This document shows positions 26,524-35,884 of a DNA stretch of 64,000 nt, one piece after another. How positions within the stretch are numbered: the stretch's first letter is position 1; each line of letters begins with the position of its first letter. The position numbers and the translations under genes were made by a program. Origin of the DNA: an uncultured bacterium (lineage in GTDB: Bacteria; Babelota; Babeliae; Babelales; Babelaceae). The DNA lies in NCBI GenBank assembly GCA_963722385.1, contig CAVRKK010000001.1:192001-256000 (forward strand). Direction: 5' to 3'. The notes under the pieces are model-generated. The model worked only from the letters and a program-made list of their open reading frames with translations. It was not told the DNA's origin and did not search any database.

Positions 26524-28536
26524 ATGATTCAAACAAAATTTTTACGGGCTCTTACGCTGAGCTTATGCATCCCCTTAATGTCAGCGCTCCACGCAATGGA
26601 AAACCCTTCGAGTCGACGAGTCGCGCGGTATAAGATAGATCACTTAAAGCTCGGTCTCGCTGAATATAGCCCTCAGCGCATTGTCATCCAACTGGGTGAT
26701 TTTGCAAGCTATAATGCTGATCCCGCCCTTTTTATTGATTGGCTTATTGAGAAAGGTTACATCAATGCCCAAACCATAGCAGGCATTGATGGCTTACAGC
26801 CAATTCATTTTGCTTTCCTGTTAGCTCGAGACCCATTAGCCGTAATTACGTATTTGCTTACTCACGGCTTTAATGCTGATGCAGCTGATAGTAAAGGAAG
26901 AACTCCGCTGCACTATGCTGCCTACTATGGGTTAAACAATGTCATAAACGTCCTTCTAGCAGCCGGCGCTCATATTAATTCTCTCGATAATGCGCGAAGA
27001 ACACCTATCTTATATGCCGCCGAAGCGGGCAAATTGCAGACGCTCATAATATTAAAGACTCAGCACAATGCTAATCTGTATGTCACCGATGCGCAAGATG
27101 CGGGCATTATACATTACGCTATGCTTAGCGGATCGGTGTTTCTTTATATCAATGTCGCCAATATCTTTGGAGTCACGAATAGATCTATACAGCCAGTTGA
27201 TAGTGAAGGCCGAAGGCCTATACATTACGCAGCCTATGCTAATTTTCTCGCTATTTTTGACCAAGTCATCGCCCAATATGAAAGTGGTCGACATGATGCC
27301 ACGCTTAATATCGATATAAATGTTCTTGATAGCCAGGCGAGATCCTGCCTGTTTTACGCCGACAAAGCAGGCCATGCTGGCCTCATGAGTTTTTTGCTCA
27401 CCAAAATACATAAACACAGTCTTGTCGCACAAATGTCCCCTAAGGACATAGGCCCCATTAACATGATTATGCTTTTGAGGAGAAGTCTTATTGATGGGCA
27501 TTGCGAAGCGGCTATTGTAAGACTCCTTACCTATGGACAACGAAGAGATCAGCTTAATTTTATTTGTAATAATCACGTAGCATCCATGACTTTATATAAT
27601 ATGGCTTTTGCCTATAACGTTGATATTGCGCGTGAGCTCTTGACCTGGGGAGCTGTTGCGATAATACCTGCTGAGAATAACTGGGAAATATTAAAAAAAG
27701 AGCTATGGCCTCTTTTTGGGCAGCCATGGAAAGAAGTACTGAGCCGTATTTGGACACCAATGCCACGTTGGGACCTACCAATACTGTGCTGGATGGCTTG
27801 TGATACAAATAAGCTCTTAGGCATGGTAGAAGAAGAAATACCTCTTCTTATAGACTGCTTAAAATCAGACGATACCGCGGTTGCTCATTATGCGCATAAG
27901 CTCCTCAGAAATACGCTTTGCATAGCAATGGCACATGGGCATTTGCCAATCGTGAAATTTCTTTTAGGCAAGCTTGATGCTTTTGTTACTTCAGAGATTC
28001 TGGCAGAGCTCTTTCTGCGATCGATACTTATATCAAAAGAAGTGGCAGCAACAATATATAGCGCGGCCAATACGCTTGGAAAGCCTCTGGATGAAAAAAT
28101 TTTAGAATTTGCCTTGCGCATAGCCGTCGGGCAGCGTAAGTTCGATGTTATTATGTATCTCCTTGATAAAGGAGCGCCTATCCACTATTCCCTGGAACTG
28201 ATACGATGCTTGATGCGGGATGTAGAGGTCGTTGAGGTAGAAAGTCCCGATGTCAATGACACACCACAAGAGAAGCAAAAAGAAAAAGAACGTAAAGATG
28301 ATGGGAGCCAACCAAGCAGTTCCCGTGCGGTAGATTCGGAAAAAGAAAAAGAGCGCGCGAACGAGCAGTGCTCGAACTCATTACTCGATGAATACATGCG
28401 CATTAAAGAGCTTCTTGAAAATTATAGAAACGCGCAAAGAGGATTATCGTCTGTTAGTTTTGTCTACCGGGTACCGCCAGAGCTTATTGCTGGTTTTATG
28501 CAGTTTGTTATTGGCAGTCACTTGCATAATAAATAG
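26524..28536 (+). CDS. Secreted ankyrin-repeat protein (candidate effector)
   Basis: Signal peptide ending LHA-ME; ankyrin repeats GRTPLHYAAYYG, RRTPILYAAEAG, GRRPIHYAAYA, AMAHGHLPIVKFLL. Confidence 0.9.
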   Translation: MIQTKFLRALTLSLCIPLMSALHAMENPSSRRVARYKIDHLKLGLAEYSPQRIVIQLGDFASYNADPALFIDWLIEKGYINAQTIAGIDGLQPIHFAFLLARDPLAVITYLLTHGFNADAADSKGRTPLHYAAYYGLNNVINVLLAAGAHINSLDNARRTPILYAAEAGKLQTLIILKTQHNANLYVTDAQDAGIIHYAMLSGSVFLYINVANIFGVTNRSIQPVDSEGRRPIHYAAYANFLAIFDQVIAQYESGRHDATLNIDINVLDSQARSCLFYADKAGHAGLMSFLLTKIHKHSLVAQMSPKDIGPINMIMLLRRSLIDGHCEAAIVRLLTYGQRRDQLNFICNNHVASMTLYNMAFAYNVDIARELLTWGAVAIIPAENNWEILKKELWPLFGQPWKEVLSRIWTPMPRWDLPILCWMACDTNKLLGMVEEEIPLLIDCLKSDDTAVAHYAHKLLRNTLCIAMAHGHLPIVKFLLGKLDAFVTSEILAELFLRSILISKEVAATIYSAANTLGKPLDEKILEFALRIAVGQRKFDVIMYLLDKGAPIHYSLELIRCLMRDVEVVEVESPDVNDTPQEKQKEKERKDDGSQPSSSRAVDSEKEKERANEQCSNSLLDEYMRIKELLENYRNAQRGLSSVSFVYRVPPELIAGFMQFVIGSHLHNK

Positions 28537-28708
28537 GCTCAGCCATAGGGAGGAGGCAAGAAAGCCCTTTAGATTGTTGCGAATTTCATATTAATCATGA
28601 AACCTTTGCTTGTTTGCTATTTAATTGTTTAATATATAAATGCTTGTCATGTTGGACGCGTACAATATACAAGCAGGAATGTAACAATTATTAGAGGAGG
28701 GGGGAACC

Positions 28709-28921
28709 ATGATTAAAAAAAGTAATATCCTCGCGCTTACCGCGTTACTTGTTGCAAGTGCGGGAGCAAGGGCGGTTATGACAACATCTGGCAAGCATGC
28801 TGTCGATCAGACGGGGCGGGTGCTGCATCCGGGGATAGACGAACACTGTAAAGAAACAGGCAGGCTGCCGGAGGAATATCCGATACCAGGCGGTAAAAGT
28901 ACGTTGCATCACAAGAACTAA
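28709..28921 (+). CDS. Small secreted hypothetical protein
   Basis: GAGGAGG RBS; MIKKSNILALTALLVASAGARA signal peptide; followed by a hairpin. Confidence 0.7.
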   Translation: MIKKSNILALTALLVASAGARAVMTTSGKHAVDQTGRVLHPGIDEHCKETGRLPEEYPIPGGKSTLHHKN

Positions 28922-28929
28922 ATAATGGC

Positions 28930-28963
28930 GCTCTAAGGGGAGGGGCTACCTTCCTCTTAGAGC
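28930..28963 (+). terminator. Stem-loop after small ORF (terminator or processing hairpin)
   Basis: GCTCTAAGGGGAGG-ggcta-CCTTCCTCTTAGAGC; no clear U-tract. Confidence 0.5.
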
Positions 28964-28977
28964 ATAAACAAGGCTCT

Positions 28978-30240
28978 ATGATGAAAGTAGCCATTATTGG
29001 TGGGGGCATTGCTGGCCTTACAGCTGCCTGGCTGCTTGACGAGGACTGTGAGGTTACTCTTTTTGAACAGCAAGCTCGACTTGGCGGGCATGCTGATACC
29101 GTGATAGTAAGCACGGATAATAGTGAAGTACCGATTGATGCCGGTTTTGAGTTTTTTTCTGATACGATGTTCCCCCATTTTAACCGTTTACTCAACATAC
29201 TCAATATTCCTGTGTACGCTTATCCTCTAACATATGCATTTTACAACGATCACCATACGCCCTTGTTGCTCCCACCTTTTGGTGCAGCTGCGCGCTCATG
29301 GGAGGAGCTATTTTCGTCTCACCTATTTGATATGCTCGATTTTAGGTACCTCGTTGAGGAGGGCAATCGTATTGTCGAATCACGCAATACCGCTCTTACC
29401 ATTGAGCAGTTTATTGAGAGCTTATCGCTTGCCAGGTCCTCTAAGGATGACTTTCTCTATCCCTTCCTTGCAGCAGGGTGGGGCGCCCCGTTGCCCGAGT
29501 TTAAGCAATTTGCAGCTTACGATATTATGACTTGGTGTGTCAAAAATAAGCCTGGTGGCATCATGCCGAAGAAATGGAACGATGTTGTGGGCGGCACTGC
29601 TCATTATATTCAAGCGCTTGCCGCGCAGCTCACGCATGCAAAAATCAAGCTTTCTTCAGCGATAGTAAGCATAGCCTATGCTGATAATATATACACGCTG
29701 ATAGACTCCAATGGAACTCTGTTGGCGGTTGATCATGTAATAATTGCTACAAATGCACACCAGGCCAAAGATCTGCTCAAGGGGATTCCGCACGCTTTAG
29801 ACCGAAGTTCAATCCTTGATAACGTCCGCTATTTTAAGACGGCCATAGCTGTTCACGGTGACAAGCGATTAATGCCTCATCACAAGGAAGACTGGGCAGT
29901 CGTTAATATTCGTTATAACGGCACCGACAGCGCCCTTAATATCTATAAGCCCTGGCTCAGCAATGGTCACTCGATTTTTAAAAGCTGGGTGACCTATGAA
30001 GCTTGCCTACCTGAGCCGCTTTACGCATTGCGCACCTATTGGCACCCGATGGTTGACGTGCCCTACTTTCAAGCGCAAACCGCGCTCGGTTTTGTGCAAG
30101 GAAATTATAACTTGTGGCTTGCGGGCATCTACACAAGCGGTGTCGATTCCCACGACAGTGCTATTGGCTCTGCCATTGCGATAGCGCAGCAACTTGCGCC
30201 TCGCTCAAAAAGGCTCCAACTAATGTTGACTTTTACATGA
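28978..30240 (+). CDS. FAD-dependent oxidoreductase (amine oxidase/COG2907-like)
   Basis: KVAIIGGGIAGLTAAWLL, RLGGHADT, IDAGF, YWHP, WLAG, HDSAIGSA. Confidence 0.88.
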   Translation: MMKVAIIGGGIAGLTAAWLLDEDCEVTLFEQQARLGGHADTVIVSTDNSEVPIDAGFEFFSDTMFPHFNRLLNILNIPVYAYPLTYAFYNDHHTPLLLPPFGAAARSWEELFSSHLFDMLDFRYLVEEGNRIVESRNTALTIEQFIESLSLARSSKDDFLYPFLAAGWGAPLPEFKQFAAYDIMTWCVKNKPGGIMPKKWNDVVGGTAHYIQALAAQLTHAKIKLSSAIVSIAYADNIYTLIDSNGTLLAVDHVIIATNAHQAKDLLKGIPHALDRSSILDNVRYFKTAIAVHGDKRLMPHHKEDWAVVNIRYNGTDSALNIYKPWLSNGHSIFKSWVTYEACLPEPLYALRTYWHPMVDVPYFQAQTALGFVQGNYNLWLAGIYTSGVDSHDSAIGSAIAIAQQLAPRSKRLQLMLTFT

Positions 30241-30258
30241 CATATTAGTATGATGTCA
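30226..30258 (+). promoter_or_regulatory. Sigma70 promoter of the SOD gene with overlapping palindrome
   Basis: TTGACT(30226)-17 nt-TATGAT(30249); TGACAT-N9-ATGTCA at 30238-30258. Confidence 0.6.
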
Positions 30259-30285
30259 AGCAGGCTGAGCTAAAGGAGACCATTT

Positions 30286-30987
30286 ATGAGAACGCTAATG
30301 CGGCTTGCGGGACTTTGCTTACTTGCCATATCGCTTGACGCCAAAAAACCAACATTTAAGCCATTTATGCTACCGCCACTTCCCTATGCAGAATGTGCTT
30401 TAGAGCCGTTTGTTGATACAGAAACGATGCATCTGCACCATAAAATGCATCACCAAAAGTATGTGGACAACCTGAATGCTGCGGTGCGCAAAGACCCTGC
30501 TCTTTATACCAAAAGCCTCGAGGAGCTTGTTAAAGAATGGCCATGTATTCGTGCAGACATACGTGAGGATGTTCGCAACAATGCTGGTGGTCACTTAAAT
30601 CACTCGCTTTTCTGGTTATGGATGACGCCCACAAAGACGGTGCCTTCCGAGCGCCTGGACTCAGCTCTTATCAAAGCGTTTGGGAGCGCCAAGAAATTTA
30701 GAGAGCAGTTTGCCCAAGCTGCCGCAAAAGTATTCGGGAGCGGCTGGGCCTGGCTTTGTCTTGATAGCCAAGGCAACCTTGTCATAACCACGACGTCAAA
30801 TCAAGATAATCCACTTACATCCGGCCATGTGCCGATTCTGGGCCTCGATGTGTGGGAGCACGCTTATTATCTTAAGTACAATAACCGCCGCAGCGACTAT
30901 CTCGATGCATGGTGGAATATCGTTAATTGGCCGGAGGTTGAGCGGCGTTATGAAAGCAGTCGTAAGCCGTGTGCTCAATCACTATAA
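30286..30987 (+). CDS. sodA: Fe/Mn superoxide dismutase (Mn-type signature) with N-terminal signal peptide
   Basis: LPPLPY, HHKMHHQKYV, NNAGGHLNHSLFW, FGSGWAWL, NQDNP, DVWEHAYY; AAGGAG RBS. Confidence 0.93.
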   Translation: MRTLMRLAGLCLLAISLDAKKPTFKPFMLPPLPYAECALEPFVDTETMHLHHKMHHQKYVDNLNAAVRKDPALYTKSLEELVKEWPCIRADIREDVRNNAGGHLNHSLFWLWMTPTKTVPSERLDSALIKAFGSAKKFREQFAQAAAKVFGSGWAWLCLDSQGNLVITTTSNQDNPLTSGHVPILGLDVWEHAYYLKYNNRRSDYLDAWWNIVNWPEVERRYESSRKPCAQSL

Positions 30988-31047
30988 GTTGATAAAGACC
31001 TAAAAAGTTAAACACTGGGTCGCCTTTACCAATATTGCGTTTTTATT

Positions 31048-31866
31048 TTATGCTACGCCATCTAATCGTACGTTATTATCAACAATATACACATTTTTTA
31101 TACCCAGCGATTTTCCTGAGGCTCCATCAATATCTATTAATGCGCCATTGAGTATATAAGGGCCTTCTGTTTCCACGTCGAAGCGGACGGGCATTTGCGT
31201 CAGCGTATTATGGATGATAGCTTCTTTTTTCACACCAATTATGGAGTCCAGCGGCCCGCACATACCGAGATCGGTTATGAAAGCCGTCCCTCCTGGAAGA
31301 ATTCTGGCATCTGCTGTTTGGACGTGGGTATGGGTACCGACGACGGCGCTTACTTGACCGTCAAAGTAGCAGGCTATTACGGTCTTTTCTGAGGTTGCTT
31401 CAGCGTGTACGTCGATAAGAATGATCTTGGTCTTTGTTTTCAAAAAAGTTAACGCTGATTCTACGGCGCGCAGTGGGCAGGCGACCTGCTCCCTCATAAA
31501 TATACGTCCTTGAACATTGATCACGCCTATGGTGAGCCCTTTGCAAATAAAGGTGCCAACGCCGGTGCCCGGGCATGCGTTGGGAAAGTTGAGTGGGCGT
31601 AGCAAATCTTTATGTTCCGCAAGATACGGATAAATATCTTTTTTTTGCCAAATATGATTACCGGTTGTGACCATATCAACGCCGAGGTGCTTAAAGAATT
31701 TCATAATTTTCGGCGTGATGCCGCGGCCGTCGGCGCTGTTTTCGCCATTTACGATAACAGCATCGATGGCGTGTTCTTTTCTTAATGTTGGCAAGTGCTT
31801 TTGCAGGATGGCCTGTCCTGGTGCGCCAACGACGTCGCCGATGAAGAGTATTCGTAGTTTTTCCAT
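31048..31866 (-). CDS. ymdB: YmdB/TIGR00282 family metallophosphoesterase
   Basis: LFIGDVVG, NGENS, TGNHIW, DVHAEATSEK, VGTHTHVQTAD, TDLGMCGP; downstream of rny as usual. Confidence 0.93.
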   Translation of the reverse strand: MEKLRILFIGDVVGAPGQAILQKHLPTLRKEHAIDAVIVNGENSADGRGITPKIMKFFKHLGVDMVTTGNHIWQKKDIYPYLAEHKDLLRPLNFPNACPGTGVGTFICKGLTIGVINVQGRIFMREQVACPLRAVESALTFLKTKTKIILIDVHAEATSEKTVIACYFDGQVSAVVGTHTHVQTADARILPGGTAFITDLGMCGPLDSIIGVKKEAIIHNTLTQMPVRFDVETEGPYILNGALIDIDGASGKSLGIKNVYIVDNNVRLDGVA

Positions 31867-31951
31867 GTTGTTTCCCTATTGCTGCTGGGGTTGGTGCGTG
31901 CGCTTACGCAGCCGACTTCGCCGAGGCGGTGGGAACGCTTACGCAGCGGGC

Positions 31952-32290
31952 GCGACTCCGCGTCGAGCGGCAGGGCGGCGGCCCTGCACCCGTCGATTTG
32001 TTTTTGTTACTTACGTGCCTCATCTTCTTTACGTCTATGATGCTCTAACCATGCGAGGCGCATGCTTAGAGCTACCGCAATTTTCCTGACGGAAAATAGA
32101 TTTTTATCATGAAGCGTAGCGCACATGATAATGGCGTAAGTTATCGTGCGCTTTGGCGAACGATAACTACACACACCAAGCCTGTAAGCATAACGCTTTG
32201 GGGATTGCTAAGGGACGATGTCCCTTAGCCCCCAGCCGGGCAGGCGATTCGATTCAATTCAATTCGCTCTGTTCCGTCAGCCGTACGCGA
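31952..32290 (-). repeat. Dispersed multi-hairpin repeat element, copy 2
   Basis: Reverse complement of 24660-24996; occupies the 478-nt gap between rny and ymdB. Confidence 0.9.
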
Positions 32291-32344
32291 CTTCGCCTAG
32301 GCTACACCCACCAAGCAGGCGATTCAGTTCAATTTCAATTCAAT

Positions 32345-33904
32345 TTACCGCGCATACTCGATCGCACGCTTTTCGCGTATAACATTTACCTTGATCTGGC
32401 CCGGGAAGCTCATCTCCTGAGAAATCCTCTCAGCAAGATTTCTTGCAAGCGTCGAAGCCTTATCATCGTCGAGCAAATCCTCTTCTACAATAACACGAAT
32501 TTCACGCCCCGCCTGCAAGGCATACGCCTTCTTGACGCCACCAAAGGCCTGCGCTATATCCTCCAACTTCTCCAAGCGCTTGAGATACGCGGTTAGCGTC
32601 TCACGCCGTGCTCCGGGACGCGAGGCAGATATCGTATCAGCAACCATAACTAAAGGGCTGTAAATCGAAGCAAACGCCAGCTCCTCATGATGCGCAGCAA
32701 TCGCGTTCACCACCAACGGATCCTCGCCGCACCGCTTGGCAACTTCAGCACCAATAAGTGCATGCGGTCCCTCATGCTCAGCCGACAAAGCCTTACCAAT
32801 GTCATGCAATAGCCCGCCGCGCAGAGCAATCTCCGGACGCGGCAACCCAAGCTCCTCAGCAAGCGTACGCGCAAAAATACCAACCTCTATACTATGCGTC
32901 AGTACATTCTGGGAAAAACTTGTCCTAAAATGTAATCGACCGAGAAGCATAATAATCTCTTGCTTAACACCCTGCAAATTAAACTGGAGAATGGTCTTCT
33001 TGCCATACTCCTCAATCATCTCCTCAATATCCTTTTCACACTGCGAAACCGTCTCTTCAATACGAGTCGGATTTATGCGCCCATCGGCAATTAACTTTTC
33101 TAAAGTCCGCCGTGCAACCTCACGGCGTATAGGGTTAAATCCAGAAATCGTGATAACTTCGGGTGTATCACCGATGACAAACTCCATGCCCGTCGACATC
33201 TCAAGCGCCTTAATATTACGCCCTTCCTTGCCAATAACACGCCCTTTCATCTCTTCATTAGGCAGATGCACGACGCTTGATGAATGCAAGGTAACCTGCT
33301 CTGCTACGTACCGCTGCATGGCCGTAACCAAAATTTCAATGGTACGCTCTTTAGCGCCCTGACGTGCCTCTTCTTCTACCTTCTGTACCCACTTCTCCTG
33401 AGTATGCCGAACCTCAGCCTCAAGCGTCTGAAAAAGCGTCTGACGCGCCTCCTCGCGGGTCATGCTCGCCACATGCTCTAACTTGGTAATCAGTTCATCA
33501 TAAAGCTGCTTAAGCTTCTGCTCATTAATACGTAACTGATCCGCTAAGCGGGAAAGCGCGCGCTCTTTCTGCTGCAGCTCTCGCTGCGTCTCCTCAAGTC
33601 GCTGCTCTTTCTTTTCGATCGCATCGTATTTTACGTTAAGTTTCGTCTGAAAGCGCTCAAGCTCAACACGCTCGCGTTTGATCTCAAGCTCAAACTCACT
33701 CCGTTTCTTATAAAGCTCGTCCTTAAGCTTGAGCGAAGCCTCGCGCCGCTCCGTCTCAATCTCTTTCTTAATATCCTCACACTTCTGCTGCGTCTCAAGT
33801 GAAACATGCCGCGCTTTATCATGCCGTCTCTTTGCAAGAACGAGGAGCATGCCCCCCACAACCGTTATCAAAATACCAAACGCAGGCATAAACGCCGCGA
33901 TCAT
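32345..33904 (-). CDS. rny: Ribonuclease Y
   Basis: N-terminal TM, coiled coil, KH domain (MKGRVIGKEGRNI), HD domain (LLHDIGK), SRPGARRE, AYALQAGREIRV. Confidence 0.97.
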   Translation of the reverse strand: MIAAFMPAFGILITVVGGMLLVLAKRRHDKARHVSLETQQKCEDIKKEIETERREASLKLKDELYKKRSEFELEIKRERVELERFQTKLNVKYDAIEKKEQRLEETQRELQQKERALSRLADQLRINEQKLKQLYDELITKLEHVASMTREEARQTLFQTLEAEVRHTQEKWVQKVEEEARQGAKERTIEILVTAMQRYVAEQVTLHSSSVVHLPNEEMKGRVIGKEGRNIKALEMSTGMEFVIGDTPEVITISGFNPIRREVARRTLEKLIADGRINPTRIEETVSQCEKDIEEMIEEYGKKTILQFNLQGVKQEIIMLLGRLHFRTSFSQNVLTHSIEVGIFARTLAEELGLPRPEIALRGGLLHDIGKALSAEHEGPHALIGAEVAKRCGEDPLVVNAIAAHHEELAFASIYSPLVMVADTISASRPGARRETLTAYLKRLEKLEDIAQAFGGVKKAYALQAGREIRVIVEEDLLDDDKASTLARNLAERISQEMSFPGQIKVNVIREKRAIEYAR

Positions 33905-34011
33905 ACAGCATCTCCTTTATATAATAGTGCAATTCCTGGCGCCGTGCCGAGCCACTAAAAACGTGGCACTCTAAAGATGCCATAATCTACGACAAACGTC
34001 CACGCTAACAA

Positions 34012-34308
34012 TCAAAAAACTTCCATCCCCAAAGAAGAAAGCTCCTGATCAAGGCGAGCAATAAGCTCAAGCCCCCTGCGCTCAGACTCCTCAAGAAGAG
34101 CATATGTATTCTTAAACTCGCACGCAACCTGAAGTGCAGCGAGAACTGCTATCCGTTTGGTATCGGCAAGCCCTGTTTTCTCTGCCAGATCGCGCATAAG
34201 ACAGTCAATCTGCTGAGCCGAAAGCAAAACATGCTCCTCACGCTCATCGCTGACCAGCGTGTAAGACTCGCCAAAAATAGAAACTTTGTACTTTTTGAGC
34301 GTTTCCAT
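34012..34308 (-). CDS. zapA: Cell division protein ZapA
   Basis: KVSIFGESYTL...RIAVLAALQVA; canonical position upstream of rny. Confidence 0.85.
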   Translation of the reverse strand: METLKKYKVSIFGESYTLVSDEREEHVLLSAQQIDCLMRDLAEKTGLADTKRIAVLAALQVACEFKNTYALLEESERRGLELIARLDQELSSLGMEVF

Positions 34309-34311
34309 GGG

Positions 34312-34656
34312 CTACCGCTCTGGCTCTATCAGAACATCAATACTCTTAATAAGATCATCAACAGCCATTTTGGTAAGCTCGCGCTCCTGACTTAACCCCT
34401 CAAGACTCTGGTGACGAGCAAGCAGCGCTTCCTCAAGCTTTTCTGCCTGTAATCGCAACTGCTGGTTCTCTTCCTTAAGCAGGCCAACCTCGCCACGCAA
34501 ATCATCGCCCGCATGCTCCAATTGCTCCTGCATTTTAAAGCATTCTTCCTTGACCAAGACAAGCTCCTGGTCAAGCTCAGCAATGCGAAGCATATCGCTT
34601 CTTTTACTTTCAATCAGCAACGATAATTTTTTTTCAAGAATACCAAACTGCTCCAT
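34312..34656 (-). CDS. Coiled-coil protein, ZapB-like
   Basis: Entirely coiled coil; immediately upstream of zapA; start moved to ATG 34656 with AAGGAG RBS. Confidence 0.65.
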   Translation of the reverse strand: MEQFGILEKKLSLLIESKRSDMLRIAELDQELVLVKEECFKMQEQLEHAGDDLRGEVGLLKEENQQLRLQAEKLEEALLARHQSLEGLSQERELTKMAVDDLIKSIDVLIEPER

Positions 34657-34703
34657 CAGTATCTCCTTGTGGGCATATCTCATTCAATATCAATCTGCCC
34701 TAG

Positions 34704-34733
34704 ATTCTAATGGCCGAAGCTGAAGCTTGTCAA
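34704..34733 (-). promoter_or_regulatory. Sigma70 promoter for the zapB-like/zapA/rny genes
   Basis: TTGACA-18 nt-TAGAAT on the minus strand. Confidence 0.6.
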
Positions 34734-34738
34734 GATAA

Positions 34739-35086
34739 TTATCGCGAAACCTGCTCAACAATCTGCCCAAATACCGCTGGATCATAGACCGCGATCTGAC
34801 TTAGCATTTTTCTGTTCAGCCCAATATGCGCCTTCTTAAGCCCGTGCATAAAAGTACTATAGCTCCACCCATGCGTCTTGACCGCCGCATTAATACGCAC
34901 AATAAATAACGAGCGCACATCACGCTTACGTAATTTACGGCCTGTAAATGCAAAAGCCAAAGCACGCATTAATGTCTGCTTCGCTCTCTTAAAAATGTTT
35001 TTACGCTGGCCCCAAAAACCCTTGGTCTGCTTTAATAGCCGCTTATGCCTGCGCTTGGTAACAACACCACGTTTAACTCGACTCAT
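34739..35086 (-). CDS. rplT: 50S ribosomal protein L20
   Basis: MSRVKRGV, KGFWG, RINAA, LNRKMLS. Confidence 0.97.
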   Translation of the reverse strand: MSRVKRGVVTKRRHKRLLKQTKGFWGQRKNIFKRAKQTLMRALAFAFTGRKLRKRDVRSLFIVRINAAVKTHGWSYSTFMHGLKKAHIGLNRKMLSQIAVYDPAVFGQIVEQVSR

Positions 35087-35116
35087 AATACTATTTCCAT
35101 GGTTATTATATAATCA

Positions 35117-35311
35117 CTAATACGGTAATGCAAAAAGAATACGGGCAGCGTCCGCAGGACTGACCATAAGCTTTGTACGCAAAAAGCGCTTGCGCTTCGC
35201 CGTCTTATGAGCAAGCTTCTTGCGTCGACCTGCATGGGCCGCCTTGATACGGCCGCTTTTTGACTTCTTAAATCTCTTTTTAACCCCAGAGTGGGTCTTC
35301 ATCTTTGGCAT
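35117..35311 (-). CDS. rpmI: 50S ribosomal protein L35
   Basis: MPKMKTHSGVKKRFK; between infC and rplT. Confidence 0.96.
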   Translation of the reverse strand: MPKMKTHSGVKKRFKKSKSGRIKAAHAGRRKKLAHKTAKRKRFLRTKLMVSPADAARILFALPY

Positions 35312-35317
35312 GATTCC

Positions 35318-35881
35318 CTACTTCTTTAAATAATAAACACGATACAAAGTATTATCAGTCAGCATGTCTTTTTCCTGCTTTTCCTGAATAATATGCTGAC
35401 CAATCTCCGATGCCTTAAAGGCATCATTAATTTTATCAAAAAGAGCACCACCACGCTCGCTCTTCATTGCTATCTCTCTTCCGCGGAAAACAAGCGTAAA
35501 TTTCACCCGTTTGCCCTCAGTCAAAAACGCGAGCGCCTGGTTCATCTTTGTCTGAAAATCGTGCTCGCCAATCTTCGGCCGCAACTTAAGCTCTTTCACC
35601 TGTATAATATGCTGCTTCTTCTTAGCATCAGCTAACTGCTTCTTCTTGGCATAAAGTGCCTTGCCATAGTCCATAACTTTAGCAACCGGCATTCCATCCT
35701 TGCCCTGCTCAGCAATAATAACCAGATCAAGCCCCGCCTCACGAGCAGCGCGCAGCGCTGCCTCCCGCGTCACAACACCCTCATTCTTCCCATCATGGGT
35801 AATAAGCTGCATTTTGTCGTAGCGTATCTTCTCGTTGATTAATGGACCCGAATCGCCCTTGGTCGTCTTAGTTACCACCAT
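35318..35881 (-). CDS. infC: Translation initiation factor IF-3
   Basis: INEKI, GLDLV, KVMDYGK, VKELKLRPKIGEHD, FRGRE. Confidence 0.96.
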   Translation of the reverse strand: MVVTKTTKGDSGPLINEKIRYDKMQLITHDGKNEGVVTREAALRAAREAGLDLVIIAEQGKDGMPVAKVMDYGKALYAKKKQLADAKKKQHIIQVKELKLRPKIGEHDFQTKMNQALAFLTEGKRVKFTLVFRGREIAMKSERGGALFDKINDAFKASEIGQHIIQEKQEKDMLTDNTLYRVYYLKK

Positions 35882-35884
35882 ATC

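Noticed and set aside
32736..33362. Long antisense ORFs (208 aa opposite rny and similar ones opposite FGE, dnaK, ssb, secD)
   Set aside because: Shadow ORFs of well-supported genes on the other strand
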